Assembly (NCBI GenBank): GCA_964016885.1
Contig: OZ024753.1
Location: forward strand, 8,742,001-8,806,000
DNA length: 64,000 nt
Direction of reading: 5' to 3'
From: Eledone cirrhosa
Taxonomy: Eukaryota
Shown here: positions 26,566 to 39,597 of the stretch, piece by piece
Layout of the letters: every line of letters begins with the position of its first letter
How positions within the stretch are numbered: position 1 is the first letter of the stretch
The notes under the pieces: generated by a model
Seen by the model: the letters and a program-made list of their open reading frames with translations, nothing else
Told to the model about the DNA's origin: nothing
Databases searched by the model: none
Translations under genes and position numbers: made by a program

Positions 26566-26588
26566 AGTATATACATATATATATATAT

Positions 26589-26925
26589 GGAGGCACATGG
26601 CTTAGTGGTTAGAGCATTGGCCTTGCAATCGAAAGGTTGTGAGTTCAATTCTCAGACCGGGTGATGTGTTGTTTCCTTGAGCAAGACACTTTATTTCACA
26701 TTGCTCCAGTTTACTCAGCTGTAGAAATGAGATGATAGGGACTGGGGTCCATATCATTCCACTGCAAAGTGGTCGTGGAGGTGCCACGGCAAAACAGCAC
26801 CCAGCACTCACTGTAAATGAGGTTGGTGTTAGGAAGGGCATCCAGCTGTAGAAATCAAGCCAGAATCAGTTCCCATCCCACCCTTGCAAGCAGGGAAAAG
26901 CGGACGTAAAATGAAATGATGATGA
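26589..26925 (+). mobile_element. Full-length CORE-type SINE with RTE tail
   Basis: GGAGGCACATGGCTTAGTGG head, GAGTTCAATTC B box, CORE, GTTGGTGTTAGGAAGGGCATCC, and ATGATGATG tail. Confidence 0.9.
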
Positions 26926-26971
26926 TACAATGATATTAAATAAATGGAAACTATATTTATAAAACCATATT

Positions 26972-27032
26972 TATTCTATTATATATATTTCAAGGGTACC
27001 AAAACTTTGGTACGCTTTCATCAGATAAAATA
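26972..27032 (-). ncRNA. Minimal type-I hammerhead ribozyme
   Basis: On -: TATTTTAT CTGATGA AAGcGTACCAA agtt TTGGTACcCTT GAAA tatata TA ATAGAATA. Stems I and II pair and the core is intact. Confidence 0.8.
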
Positions 27033-27423
27033 CAAAGTTTGTTTTATAAATTTTGACATAACCAAGGAAAGATACCTTAACGGTTCAAGTTTTACCTGGA
27101 TAGTGAAGGGATAAGAGAAGAAAAGTCAGATATTTCAAATTATTAAGATGAGTATGAGGTTCAACAAATATAAATGTTTATAACTGATTCAGAGCACTCA
27201 ACAGGTTTTCTGAATCAGTTATAAACATTTGTATTTGTTGAATTACCAACAAATTGAATATCCCTTTTACTTATCTATATATATGTGTATGTGTGTGTGT
27301 GTGTGTGTGTGTGTTCATGCCCCTACCTTAACACATACATATATTTACAGTATATATATAACCATCATCATTTTCATGTCTGCCTTTCCATGTTACCATG
27401 GGTTGGGTGAGTCTTCTACAGCA

Positions 27424-27616
27424 TACAAGGGTCAGCTGAAAAGTTCATGGTCTGACCAAGACACTCTCATGGAATGACCAAATGAGGTTTATTTTTTAGC
27501 ATAGTTCCTGAAAAGGAACAATGCAATTATTAATAAGAAGAGTTGAAAGTAATGCATGCAGGATTTCACAGCTCTAGCATCATTCCTTCATATGAACCTT
27601 TCAGCCAAATCTCGTA
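27424..27616. mobile_element. Non-autonomous mariner-type MITE
   Basis: TA|CAAGGGTCAGCTGAAAAGTTCAT ... ATGAACCTTTTCAGCCAAATCTCG|TA imperfect TIRs with TA flanks. Confidence 0.75.
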
Positions 27617-27949
27617 GCTTCCGTTTATCATTCTTTCTGTGACACCAGCATCCTGAGATCAATTCTGAGCACATCTGCATCTTCTTTTGTCTTTCTTTTT
27701 TTCAGATACCTTCCAGTTGGCATCTTCTTTACCCAAAGTTCCTCCTCTATTCACATCATGTATCCATACCAGTGCAATCTTCTCTCTTGTGCATTACATC
27801 TGATTCCTTTTATATCCAGTATGTCTCTCCCTTCATCTGTGCTTCATTGTTCTTACACATTAACATTACATCTCTATCAGAGAATGCTAGCCTAATTTTT
27901 TTCTAACAACAAACCATAAATTAACATTGATAATCATCATCATTATCCT

Positions 27950-28650
27950 CACCATTATCACCGTTTTATGTCCATTCTTCCATGCTAGCAAAGGTTAGAT
28001 GAGTTGTTCTGTTGTGGGCAATGCTAGGTTAGGTGACCATACCTTGCTCATACGGAACTGATTCTGGCTTGGTTTCTACAGCTGGATGCCCTTCCTAACC
28101 CAAACCCCATTTATAGTGAGTACTGGGTGTTTTTTACCGTGGCACCTACATGACCATTTTATATTGTGGGCCGCGGGATTTTTTTGTTGTGACACCTACA
28201 CAACCACTTTACAGTGTGGACTGGGTGAGTTTTTGTCGTGACACCTACACAACCATTTTACAGTGTGGACTGGGTGAGTTTTTGTCGTGACACCTACACA
28301 ACCATTTTACAGTGTGGACTGGGTGAGTTTTTGTCGTGACACCCACACAACCACTTTACAGTGTGGACTGGGTGAGTTTTGTCGTGACACCTACACAACC
28401 ACTTTACAGTGTGGACTGGGTGAGTTTTGTTGTGACACCTACACAACCATTTTACAGTGTGGACTGGGTGAGTTTTGTTGTGACACCTACACAACCACTT
28501 TACAGTGTGGACTGGGTGAGTTTTGTTGTGACACCTACACAACCACTTTTCAGTGTGGACTGGGTGAGTTTTGTCGTGACACCTACACAACCACTTTACA
28601 GTGTGGACTGGGTGAATTTTGTTGTGACACCTACACAACCACTTTACAGT
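27950..28650 (-). repeat. RTE 3' tail with a 48-bp minisatellite (about 10 copies)
   Basis: Unit GACACCTACACAACCACTTTACAGTGTGGACTGGGTGAGTTTTGTCGT, contiguous with RTE 3'UTR motifs. Confidence 0.9.
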
Positions 28651-29442
28651 ACCCAAAACACTAAAATTAAAAACCTTCTCATGAATAACAAACTATAAGC
28701 ATCTAAGCCTTCAATTATTTATAGGGCTGGCAGTATCGGTAGAGGGTCTTTATATATTTGATTGCTTATTTGAAAGTTGTAAACATTATTGCTCCAATTG
28801 TTGAATTGGCCATGCATCTACAACACTCTCTTGTTAACTTACCATGCACTTAAAATAATGCGTAATTGCAGTCCACTACACCACACATCACAACACCATC
28901 ATCATCATCATTTCACAACCACTTCTTGCTAGCAAGATTGGGACAGGTCTTCACAGACTGAGTCAGTACTCAAGTGGAGGTTACTGACCTCGCAGATCGG
29001 CTTGGAGCTTACATCTCCCTTACATACATTCCCGTCTTCTACTGAGTGCATTATTATGGCACCAGCACTTGGGAGGTTGCCATATGTTTAACAACCTACA
29101 TAGGAAAACATTAATGGACAACAGAGACAGGTTAGTAATTCTCCTGGTTTTCCAAATTTACCAAGATCATGTACCTTTTGGTATATGATCAAACTATTAC
29201 AGATATTTGAGCATATCTTTTAAAACCCAAGCATAATGCTATAGCTGTTATGTGGCAGAACTGCTTCCTGAACAGATTCCATACTAACCATCATTTAGCA
29301 ATTTATTCCATTCCCTGCACATAATCAGTACCTCGAAGATAATAAATTTCCTGAACTTATTCATGTATAAAATCAGAGAAATGGACCTATTAAATTTGGC
29401 AGTTGCTCTACCTAGAATATATTGTCCCTTGCTTTGAATTTT

Positions 29443-29661
29443 TAACCCTTTAGCATTTACATTACTCTACATTTACTATTGTATTTTTGTGGCAAAGGGT
29501 TTATCTCACATAAATTGAACCTATGAGATTTTGATATTATTTATTTTGAGAACGATACTTTAACTTCAGTATGAGTGGCCGGTTACAGCCAGTTTGAACA
29601 GAAAGAGATGAGAGAATTCTGGCCAGATATGGCCAGAATTCTTTAAATGCTAAAGGGTTAA
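29443..29661. mobile_element. piggyBac-like MITE, complete
   Basis: TTAA|CCCTTTAGCATTTA ... TAAATGCTAAAGGG|TTAA perfect TIRs. Confidence 0.85.
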
Positions 29662-29826
29662 GGGAGTATACCATGTGTAAGCCTTTCGATACCAGCCTGC
29701 CCAAAACCAGGTCTGCTTCTATGCAATTAAACCACCCATTTTAAAGGGTTCCTATTTAAATACAAATATCCAATATACTTTTATATAAGACCCATATGTT
29801 AAGTGTCTTAGTAATGATATTAATAA

Positions 29827-30015
29827 TTGTTTCTACTTTATGGCACAAGGCCAGCAATTACTCCAGTATATTACTGGTACTTTATTTTATCGACCCCGTA
29901 AGGATGAAAGGCAAAGTTAACTTCGGTGGAATTTGAACTCAGAATGTAAAGGGCCATAACTTATACTGCAAAACATGGCGTCTGACACTCTACCATTACT
30001 GCCAATCAACCACCA
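29827..30015 (-). mobile_element. Meta-type SINE
   Basis: Family motifs. Confidence 0.85.
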
Positions 30016-30327
30016 TAAATCTATGCTGCAATGATTACATTTAATCTTCAAAATTTGTTCATTAAGTAATTGAAATAAAAAGGAATATGGTCATGAAAGG
30101 GTTAAGGAATCTTTCACAAAGAATCTGATCTGATTTGTTTCCAGACATTTTGTTTTGCCTTTAGAGGAATTTTCAGAAAGTCACCATGTCTGATGCTAAG
30201 ATCAGAGTCACTAGATTTAATCACACGTTAAATCTGATGCTGTTATGTTGGAGAATTTGTCTACTTGCAGAATTTCTGGAATTGATATAGATTCAATATA
30301 CTATATATACTTGAATATATATAAATA

Positions 30328-30627
30328 TCGAAAGGTTGTGAGTTCAATTCTCAGACCGGGTGATGTGTTGTTTCCCTGAGCAAGACACTTTATTTCACAT
30401 TGCTCCAGTTTACTCAGTTGTAGAAATGAGATGATAGGGACAGGGGTCCCTATCATTCCACTGCAAAGTGGTCGTGTAGGTGCCACGGAAAAAAAAGCAC
30501 CCAGCACTCACTGAAAATGAGGTTGGTGTTAGGAAGGGAATCCAGCTGTAGAAATCAAGTGTGAATCAGTTCCCGTCCCACCCTTGCAAGCAGGGGAAAA
30601 GCGGACGTAAAATGAAATGATGATGAT
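30328..30627 (+). mobile_element. CORE-type SINE, 5'-truncated
   Basis: B box, CORE and RTE tail. Confidence 0.85.
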
Positions 30628-30681
30628 ATATATATAGTGACGAAACATAAGTCAATTGCATGAACTCATAATCCTTTATTT

Positions 30682-30737
30682 ACTGCTATATATATTTCGA
30701 TGATAGCCATTGAATGGCTATGACCTCATCAGACAGT
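30682..30737 (-). ncRNA. Minimal type-I hammerhead ribozyme
   Basis: On -: ACTGT CTGATGA GGTcATAGCCAT tca ATGGCTATcATC GAAA tatata TA GCAGT. Confidence 0.75.
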
Positions 30738-30800
30738 TAGTCAGTTCTTAGATATGCCAGCTCTGTGTTTATGGTGTTGATGGTATCAGAGCCTTGGTAC

Positions 30801-30848
<48 letters not shown>

Positions 30849-31336
30849 TGGAACTTTATTTTATCGACCCGGTAAGGATGAAAGGCCAAGTTAACCTCGA
30901 CGGGATTTGAACTCAGATCATAAAGGGATGTAACTATGCTGGAAAGCATGTGTCCGACCCAATTAATAAAGATGCTGATGTTACAAAAATCGTTTATTCA
31001 TTTTAATTATTTTAACGGCTCTCCCATGCAATCAAGATGTAATTCATGCATTTGTTGTTGTTGTTGTTGTTATGAGAATGGTATCCTCAGATGAAATTCG
31101 ATTTTGTGATGTGCCGCTGGCAGGAAAAACACGTCCTTCTGCTTATGCGTCCAGCAGACATATGAGTTCTTGAAAGGGTCTCCCAGCCGTCATGTTTACT
31201 GGAGTAAAGTGCTATCCATGTGTCAATTAGTCAAGTCAGGATTCACGCAATCCTCTCGAGAGCTTTCTCCTGCTTGCACCAAAACAATCTCTTCGGAATA
31301 TATATATATATATATATATATAAATATATATATATA

Positions 31337-31730
31337 ACAAAGGAATTGCAGTAAGTAATCAGATGGACATAACGCACCAGAGTACTCAATACTTAGGGTA
31401 GTAGAGTGGGTAATAAGAAAAGGTATGACCCCGATGGCAGAGCTTAAGCTGTTTAAAGTTAGTCCTTCATCAGTGATCTTCCAACCTTCATTGGTATTTC
31501 ATCGCTTTAAAGACCATATACCTCCGGTTGGTGCGAGCAACGGCTAAAGAAAGTCGTTGGGACACGTAAATAAGGGGAACGAGCGAGAGTGTAAACAAAC
31601 AAAGATGGTAAAGCAACGAAAAGTGAGGAAGAAGGAGTCAAGTCCCAGATTTCCATGAATATAAGTTCGGTGAAATCGTGAACGAGAGAGAATAAAGACC
31701 ATCAAACCTAGTCGAAATCTGAGCACCTTA
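31337..31730 (-). mobile_element. Penelope-like 3' region with a decayed hammerhead
   Basis: Shares the GTACTCAATACTTAGGGTAGTAGAGTGGG block. On -: CTGATGAAGGACT...AAACAGCTTAAGCTCTGCCATC. A weak FRLG../DGLYSLSF peptide resembles a Penelope ORF end. Confidence 0.45.
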
Positions 31731-31839
31731 TATACACATATACATATATATATACTGTATATACTTGTATATAAACTGGGAATATGTGACAAAACATTGA
31801 TGGTAAAATGGCAGTTGGGTCTTCTGTACAACTGCATGG

Positions 31840-32000
31840 CATCAAACATCTTGATCCAGTGATATTGTCTTAGAGAGGTGTAAGCAAACAAGGTCAGTTT
31901 TTATCACCTCGTCGCAGGTTTTTTTTGGGTCTACCCACTCCGTAGCTTCCATCAATTTTCATTGCCCTGCATATTTTTATACAGCTGTCGTCTTTCATAC
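31840..32000 (-). mobile_element. RTE LINE ORF-end fragment
   Basis: On -: DSCIKICRAMKIDGSYGVGRPKK, homologous to 18180-18300. Confidence 0.75.
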
Positions 32001-32365
32001 AGCTTATATTCGAATATACATGGTATGTATTTAGTTTAGAGTAGCCATTTGCAATTTATATGATAATTTCCAACAGTTCTGTGAATGGCTTCACTATGAT
32101 GTACCAGCAAGAAAATTTGAAATTTGTATCCTCCTACAAAATCCATAACTCTTCAGGGCATATTTCATGTGTTTCTTGGCAGCAAATCACTCTACAATAT
32201 ATTCCATGTTTGTAGAAATAGATGCCAATTATATCTTACCATTGTCTTACATTTTATTTTTCTTTCTTTATTTTCTTTCTGTCTTTCTTTCCTTTGTTCT
32301 TTCTTTATCTATTTATTATTAATATTCTTATTGTTGTTATTATTATCATCAATATTATTATTGTT

Positions 32366-32995
32366 TGGCAGTATCGGTAGAGGGTCGGATGCCATGCTTT
32401 GCAGCACAGAGTTATGGCCATTTACGTTCTGAGTTCACATCCCTCCGAGTTTCACTTTGCCTTTCATCCTTACGGGGTCGAGAAAATAAAGTACCAGTAA
32501 TGTACTGGGGTCGATTTAATCAACTTTCCCCTCCCCTTTAAATTGCTGGCCTTGTATATAAGAAACCATTATTATTATTATTATTATTATTATTAAAGGC
32601 AGTGGATTGGCAGTATCGGTAGAGCATCAGACACCATGCTTTACAACATAGAGTTATGGCCATTTACATTCTGAGTTCAAATCCCACCGAGGTTAGCTTT
32701 GCCTTTCATCTTTACTGGGTCGATAAAATAAAGTACCAGTAATGAACTGGGGTAATTGCTGGCCTTGTGCCAAAGGTAGAAACAATTATTATTATTTATA
32801 TCAGGACGGTGGATTGGCAGTATCAGTGGAGGTCAGATGCCATTTTTTGCAGCATAGAGTTACGGCCCTTTACGTTCTGAGTTCAATTCCTGCCGAGGTT
32901 AACTTTGCCTTTCATCCTTACAGGGGTCGATAAAATAAGGTACCAGTAATACACTGGTGTTAATTTCTGGCTTTGTGCCAAAAGTAGAAACAAAT
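32366..32995 (+). mobile_element. Three head-to-tail Meta-type SINEs separated by (ATT)n tails
   Basis: GGCAGTATC heads at about 32367, 32609 and 32816. The copies are diverged from one another. Confidence 0.85.
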
Positions 32996-33310
32996 ATTAA
33001 TATTAGTATCAGAATTTCAACTCCAATAGCTAGCATGCAAAAAAATGATTATTGTTAATAAAGAAATGATTAATTAGACAAAATTAATAATATTGCTAAA
33101 CATATCGTGTTGTTCACATTTGACAATTTAGAATGATTTGAATTTTTTCGATATAACTAAAAAATTATTTAAGAAATTGGTTTAATATGCAGAAAGAATT
33201 AAAACTGCAACTGTAAGCCAGTTTTTTTAATATCTTTTAGCATAAATAAAATTATTGGTGGAAACATGTGTTGCTAAGAACAAGGCAAAGAGAAATATCT
33301 GGTATGTTAC

Positions 33311-33598
33311 TTAGCCCTTTAGTGTTCAAACTGGCCAAAACCGGCTAGAACTCTCAACTTCTTTCTGTTGAAACTGGCTGTAATTAGTCACTCAAACTGA
33401 TGTTAAGGTATTGTTCTCAAAATAAATACTTTCAAAATCTCATAGATTCGATATTATGTGAGATATTTATGTGAGGTAAAGCATTTACCATGAAAATATA
33501 ATAGTATATATAGAGTAATGTGAATGTTATGTGAGGTCAAGCCTTTAACATGAAAATATAATAGTATATATAGAGTAATGTGAATGTTATAGGGTTAA
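33311..33598. mobile_element. piggyBac-like MITE with an internal duplication
   Basis: CCCTTTAG start, GGG|TTAA end, and a duplicated 60-bp segment. Confidence 0.7.
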
Positions 33599-33989
33599 TA
33601 TGTTGATAAATAAAAAAGTTAGTGTTGTTTAATGAAACCAGACTAAATTTATGATTATGTTAGAAATTAATTGGTGTATAAGGGGTGTATTTTGGTTAGA
33701 ATTCTATACCTCTTTCTGTTGAAACTGGCTGTAATTGGTTACTCAAATTGATGTTAAGGTGTATATATATATATATATGTGTGTGTTTGTGTATATGAGA
33801 GAGAGATATATATACATTATAATAATTGTTTCTACTTTTGGCACAAGGCCAGCAATTACCCAGTAAATTACTGGTACTTTATTTTATCGACCCCGTAAGG
33901 ATGAAAGGCAAAGTAAACCTCTGTGTCTATAAGTAAGCATATATTTGTTCATGTTTTTATCATACCTTGTGCAGATAGACAAACAAATA

Positions 33990-34100
<111 letters not shown>

Positions 34101-34307
34101 AATGAATAATAACAGGTAGACATCATAAAAAGGTAATTTATTCCGTATGCTTACAAGTGTTTCCACGGTGGTACTGCAGCCTAGTTATGCTACGTGGAAA
34201 TTCACAAGTACTTGCAGAACTCAAATATCCAATGCTGTGACCACTGTTTCCTCAGACCACTGTTTCCTCATACCTAATATATATATATATATATATATAT
34301 TGATATA

Positions 34308-34562
34308 TGAGGTGTAGGTGTCACGACAAAAAAACACACAGTCCACGCTGTAATGTGGCCGTGTAGGCAACACGGTAAAAACCTCCCAGACCCACACTGT
34401 AAATGTGGTTGGTGTTAGGAAGGGTATCCAACTGTAGAAAACCTGCCACACAGTCCTATGCGAGCAAGACAATCACTCTTGCCTCAAGTGGGAAAACCCC
34501 CGTCCAAACCCATGCAAGCGTGGAACATGGACGTTAAACGTTGATGATGATGATGATGATGA
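34308..34562 (+). mobile_element. RTE 3'UTR and tail
   Basis: GTTGGTGTTAGGAAGGG, GGACGTTAAACG and (GAT)n. Confidence 0.85.
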
Positions 34563-34744
34563 TATGTATTCACGGGGTATTAAAAAAAATTCATTATACT
34601 GAAAAATTTGTTATAATGGTATTCGTTTTAACGAAATGTTACCTGTGTGTGTGTGTATATATATATATACAATTCTAGTTCTGTAGAAGCCATTTATATA
34701 TATATATATACACACATATATATCTAAAGTCTAAAGTTTGTCTT

Positions 34745-35005
34745 AAGCCAGAAGGCTCATTTGGCCAGTGCTTATCTTGATTTCATGACGTGAAGCGACT
34801 GAGAGTACAAGACTCCCCTGGACAGGATGCCAGTCCATTGCAGTATTAAACCGCCAACTATTGCTGGTACTCGTTTTCAGCTGAGTATACTGGAGCAATG
34901 TGAAATGAAGTGTTTTACTCAAGAACACAACACACAACCCAGGAATCGAACCCACAACATTATGACCGTAAGTCCAACACCCTTACCACTAGGGCACGTG
35001 CCTCC
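34745..35005 (-). mobile_element. tRNA SINE with CORE-like and V-like domains
   Basis: On -: GGAGGCACGTGCCCTAGTGG head, GGTTCGATTCC B box, TTCTTGAGTAAAACACTT, CTGCAATGGACTGGCATCCTGTCCAGGGG. Confidence 0.75.
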
Positions 35006-35020
35006 ACATTACATATATAT

Positions 35021-35510
35021 ATCATCATCACCGTTTTATGTCTGTTCTTCCACGCTAGCATGGGTTAGACGGGTTGTCCTGTTGTGGACAGTTTCCAGTC
35101 AGCTGACCTTGTCTTGCACATACGGGAACTGATTCTGGCTTGGTTTCTACAGCTGGATGCCCTTCCTACACCAACCTCATTTACAGTGAGTGCTGGGTAC
35201 TTCTTTTACGTTCCGTGGCGCCTACACGTCCACTTTACAGTGACTGCTGGGTGCTTTTTTTTTTCGTGGCGCCTACACGTCCACTTTACAGTGTGGGCTG
35301 GGTGCTTTTTTGCCGTGGCACCTCCACGACAACTTTGCAGTGGAATGATAGGGACCCCAGTCCTTATCTCATTTCTACAGCTGAGTAAACTGGAGCAATG
35401 TGAAATAAAGTGTCTTGCTCAAGGAAACAACACATCATCCCGTCTGAGAATTGAATTCACATCCTTTCGATTGCAAGCCCAATGCTCTAACCACTAAGCC
35501 ATGTGCCTTC
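35021..35510 (-). mobile_element. CORE-type SINE carrying an alternative RTE tail
   Basis: Head and CORE as in 26589, but the tail matches the RTE at 40468-40560. Confidence 0.8.
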
Positions 35511-36145
35511 ACATATATAAATATATATGCACACACACAGAATCATGCACATAGACAGGCATATATAGTTAGATAGAAAGGTAGGTATCTAAATAGATCA
35601 ATAAGTTAGTAAATAGACAGACGAACATAGAGTATGTTCCATAAGTTACGTCTAGAATATTCTATTCTTCAGCGCCACTTCTTCTTTAGCAGATGAAACA
35701 CAGAAAATATATAAAACAATAACATTAAATTATATTTAAATTTTCTTTTTCTGGAAAGAATGAATTTGAAGAGCTGTGGAATTATAGCTTCTTTGAAAAT
35801 GTGTTCTTTAGATAAATATTTATATTTCAATCAAGTTGATAAAATAGGTATTGATAGCTGAGAAGTGGTTTCATTTGTAGCATTTATTTTTACCTGTCTA
35901 TCTATCCTGAGATTGGCATCAACTTCAAACAGTCCGAAGCTGAAAATATACAGTAAATACAATATATATATATATATATATATATAATTTCTACTTTCAT
36001 TTATATATATATGCAGAGGTTATATTTAATTTGTTGGGATTCAACAAGCTTAACAATTTTATAACTGATATAAAGCACTCAACAGGTAAGTGGAGTAAAT
36101 ATTCAATATATTAATAAATGGAAACTATATTTATAAAACCATAAT

Positions 36146-36211
36146 TATTTTATTATATATATTTCAAGGGCAACCAAGGCAAATTATGGTGCGCTTTCAT
36201 CAGATAAAATA
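36146..36211 (-). ncRNA. Minimal type-I hammerhead ribozyme (left arm of palindrome)
   Basis: On -: TATTTTAT CTGATGA AAGCGCACCA...TGGTTGCCCTT GAAA tatata TA ATAAAATA. Confidence 0.8.
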
Positions 36212-36331
36212 CAGATTTGTTTTATAAATAAATATTGACATACCCAGAAAAAAGACAACATTAAGGGAACTTCAACCGTTAAGGTTGTCTTTTTTCCAGG
36301 TATGTCAATATTTATTTATAAAACAAATCTG

Positions 36332-36397
36332 TATTTTATCTGATGAAAGCGCACCATAATTTGCTTTGGTTGCCCTTGAAATATATATAATAAAATA
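36332..36397 (+). ncRNA. Minimal type-I hammerhead ribozyme (right arm of palindrome)
   Basis: TATTTTAT(36332) CTGATGA(36340) AAGCGCACCA...TGGTTGCCCTT GAAA(36378) tatata TA ATAAAATA(36397). Stem I is a perfect 8 bp. Confidence 0.85.
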
Positions 36398-36788
36398 ATT
36401 ATGGTTTTATAAATATAACTTACATTTATTAATATATTGTATATATATATATATATATGATCTTCCACCATTCACACACACACACACACACATATATATA
36501 CATGTGTGTGTGGGTGGGTGTGTGAATAGTGGAAGAGCATGCATATATACACAGATGCACAGACACATACATACACATATATAGATAATTTTGAAAACCA
36601 TACAATGCATTAGAAAAAAGGTAAGATTCTTTTGTTATCTTAGCAATCTTGATTTTCTTTCTAATGCATTGTATGGTTTTCAAAATTATTTAAATGTGTG
36701 TTTCTTCTTCAACAATGCTTCCAGCAAACTACAACACTCTGTTTATATGATGATGATATATATATCATCATCATCATCATCATCATAA

Positions 36789-37057
36789 CTGCAATACAAA
36801 AGGCGATCTGAAGGCCAGGATCACAAGTGCTTTTAGGGGCCTAAGTCGGGGGACAGTGACGAAGGCCTGTAGCTGGTTCTGAGGCCGCCTTGAGGCCGTC
36901 ATCAAAGCCAATGGCGGCTTTATCGAGTGAGATCGAAAGAACAAGTCATGAAGACAAACTGACCCAAGTTTGATAAATAAATCTTAAAAAATAAAACTAC
37001 TGTGTTACTTTTTCCTAGACAGTAATCTTGCGAACAGATATCGTCCACACCCTGTAT
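36789..37057 (+). mobile_element. Tc1/mariner (DD37D/maT-like) transposase C-terminus and 3' TIR
   Basis: CNTKGDLKARITSAF...TVTKACS.F.GRLEAVIKANGGFIE*; ends GTCCACACCCTG|TA. Confidence 0.75.
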
Positions 37058-37069
37058 AGGTATTGTGTG

Positions 37070-37102
<33 letters not shown>

Positions 37103-37135
37103 ATATATATATATTGTATATATATATATATATAT

Positions 37136-37171
<36 letters not shown>

Positions 37172-37255
37172 ATAATATATAAGAACTACTTTTCATATGT
37201 TGATTTAAAACTGCACTATCCACAAGTGTTTTTTAACCTTCATGTCTTGTCTTCC

Positions 37256-37326
37256 TATTTTATCTGATGAAAACACAAATATTATTGCATGATGATATTT
37301 GTTTTTGAAATGCGCATAATAAAATA
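37256..37326 (+). ncRNA. Minimal type-I hammerhead ribozyme
   Basis: TATTTTAT CTGATGA AAAcACAAATAT...ATATTTGTtTTT GAAA tgcgca TA ATAAAATA. Stem III is palindromic (ATGCGCAT). Confidence 0.85.
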
Positions 37327-37469
37327 CATGGAACTCTTTTAACCATCTTTTGTTCTTATATATTGTGTATACTCCAGTCCTACAAACTGTAGAGTGCTTC
37401 TTATCCGATATCTGCATTGCTTTATTGTACTACAATAAAACTCACCTCCTACATATATATTGTATATAT

Positions 37470-37766
37470 ATCATCATCATCATCATCATTTTACATCCGC
37501 TTTTCCCTGCTTGCAAGGGTGGGACGGGAACTGATTCTGGCTTGATTTCTACAGCTGGATGCCCATCCTAACACCAACCTCATTTAAAGTGAGTGCTGGG
37601 TGCTTTTTTTCCGTGGCACCTCCACGACCACTACAGCTGAGTAAACTAGAGCAATGTGAAATAAAGTGTCTTGCTCAAGGAAACAACACATCACCCGGTT
37701 TGAGAATTGAACTCACAACCTTTCGATTGCAAGGCCAATGCTCTAACCACTAAGCCATGTGCCTCC
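37470..37766 (-). mobile_element. CORE-type SINE with RTE tail
   Basis: Family motifs with an internal deletion. Confidence 0.85.
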
Positions 37767-37863
37767 ATGTACCATATATATGTACCGTATATATTGTATA
37801 TATATATATATATATTGTATATATACATATGTAGTATAATTAGGTTTAATCTATACATATACA

Positions 37864-37894
<31 letters not shown>

Positions 37895-38065
37895 GCACAT
37901 GTATATGACCAGAGTATTAAAGATGTAAAAGCTCATTATGGCAAGAACAGCAACAATGAAATTAAACCAATATTTATTATTGAAAAAGAACTAATTCTTC
38001 ATTTCTTCATTTAATTAAATTTGAAATCTGATACAAGAATTTCCAATATGTATATAAATAGATAA

Positions 38066-38096
<31 letters not shown>

Positions 38097-38109
38097 AATA
38101 TATATACAC

Positions 38110-38175
<66 letters not shown>

Positions 38176-38203
38176 ATATATATATATTTATATATATATA
38201 TAT

Positions 38204-38249
<46 letters not shown>

Positions 38250-38266
38250 ATGATGATATATGTGTA

Positions 38267-38297
<31 letters not shown>

Positions 38298-38409
38298 TAA
38301 ATTTCACTTTCTTGCTTATGCTTTCTCTCTCTCTATATATATATAATTAACTTTCGCTCTCTCACTCTTACTTTCACCCTCTTAGACACACACACACACA
38401 TTCTCTATT

Positions 38410-38424
<15 letters not shown>

Positions 38425-38445
<21 letters not shown>

Positions 38446-38836
38446 TGTATATATATATGTATATCATCCTCATCATTTTACGTCCACTTTTCCTTGTATA
38501 TATATATTTATATATATATATGTATATATATGTATATATATGTATATATTTTTATATCTATATATATGTATATATATATATATATGTATATATATGTATA
38601 TATATATGTATATATGTATATATGTATATATATGTATATATGTATATATATATATATATGTATATATTTATATATCTATGTATATATATGTATATATTTA
38701 TATATCTATATATATATATATATGTATATGTATACATATGTATATATATATATGTATATGTATACATGTATATATATGTATATATATATATATATATATG
38801 TATATGTATACATATGTATGTATATATTTATATATC

Positions 38837-38909
<73 letters not shown>

Positions 38910-38910
38910 C
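38425..38910. repeat. (TA)n/(TATG)n block
   Basis: Seen directly. Confidence 0.95.
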
Positions 38911-39597
38911 CTTTCCTTCACTCAGTCAATCTTTCTTTATCTGTTTGTAGATTTCCTCTCAAATTCTACATCACCACCATCACCGCCACCATCACTACCA
39001 CCACCACCACCACCACCACCATCACTACCACCACCACCACCACCACCATCACCATCACCATCATATATTTATTGATGAGTGTAAATCTAGAACACCATAC
39101 AGATAATACTAGGAAGAGATAACTAATTTTAGACAGCTAAAAGACTATGATGAACTGAAATGCGGAAATGAAATTTAAGCTGATTTATTGAAAATTTATA
39201 TAGAATCAGCAGCTAAATTTTGGTGAACAATCATTAATGTGAAGCTTGATTAAAAATACACAATTCTTACATATACATTGGCAATAATAATAATGGTAGT
39301 AGTGATAATAGTGATGGAGATGATGACAGAGTTGATCAGATTCTCCATCATAATAACTATCCTTCTTTTTCTAAGTGTATTTAGAGATTGATGTAGCATT
39401 TTTTTACTGACATTCAATTGTCTAGATTGGACTGACTGACTCCATACAATAATAATTTATTATCTATTTCATTTTGATAACCATGACACCATCTGCTAAA
39501 GATTGGTAGTCCTAAATTTTTGTATATTAGGCATCAAACAATAGTACAGAATTAGCTACAGGCACTAATAACATATACATAAATATATATATATATA

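Noticed and set aside
26589-26665. tRNA gene
   Set aside because: The A/B boxes belong to a SINE head that continues into CORE and a LINE tail. No full cloverleaf is evident.
28190-28650. 48-bp array as CRISPR
   Set aside because: The units are contiguous without variable spacers and derive from the RTE 3'UTR.
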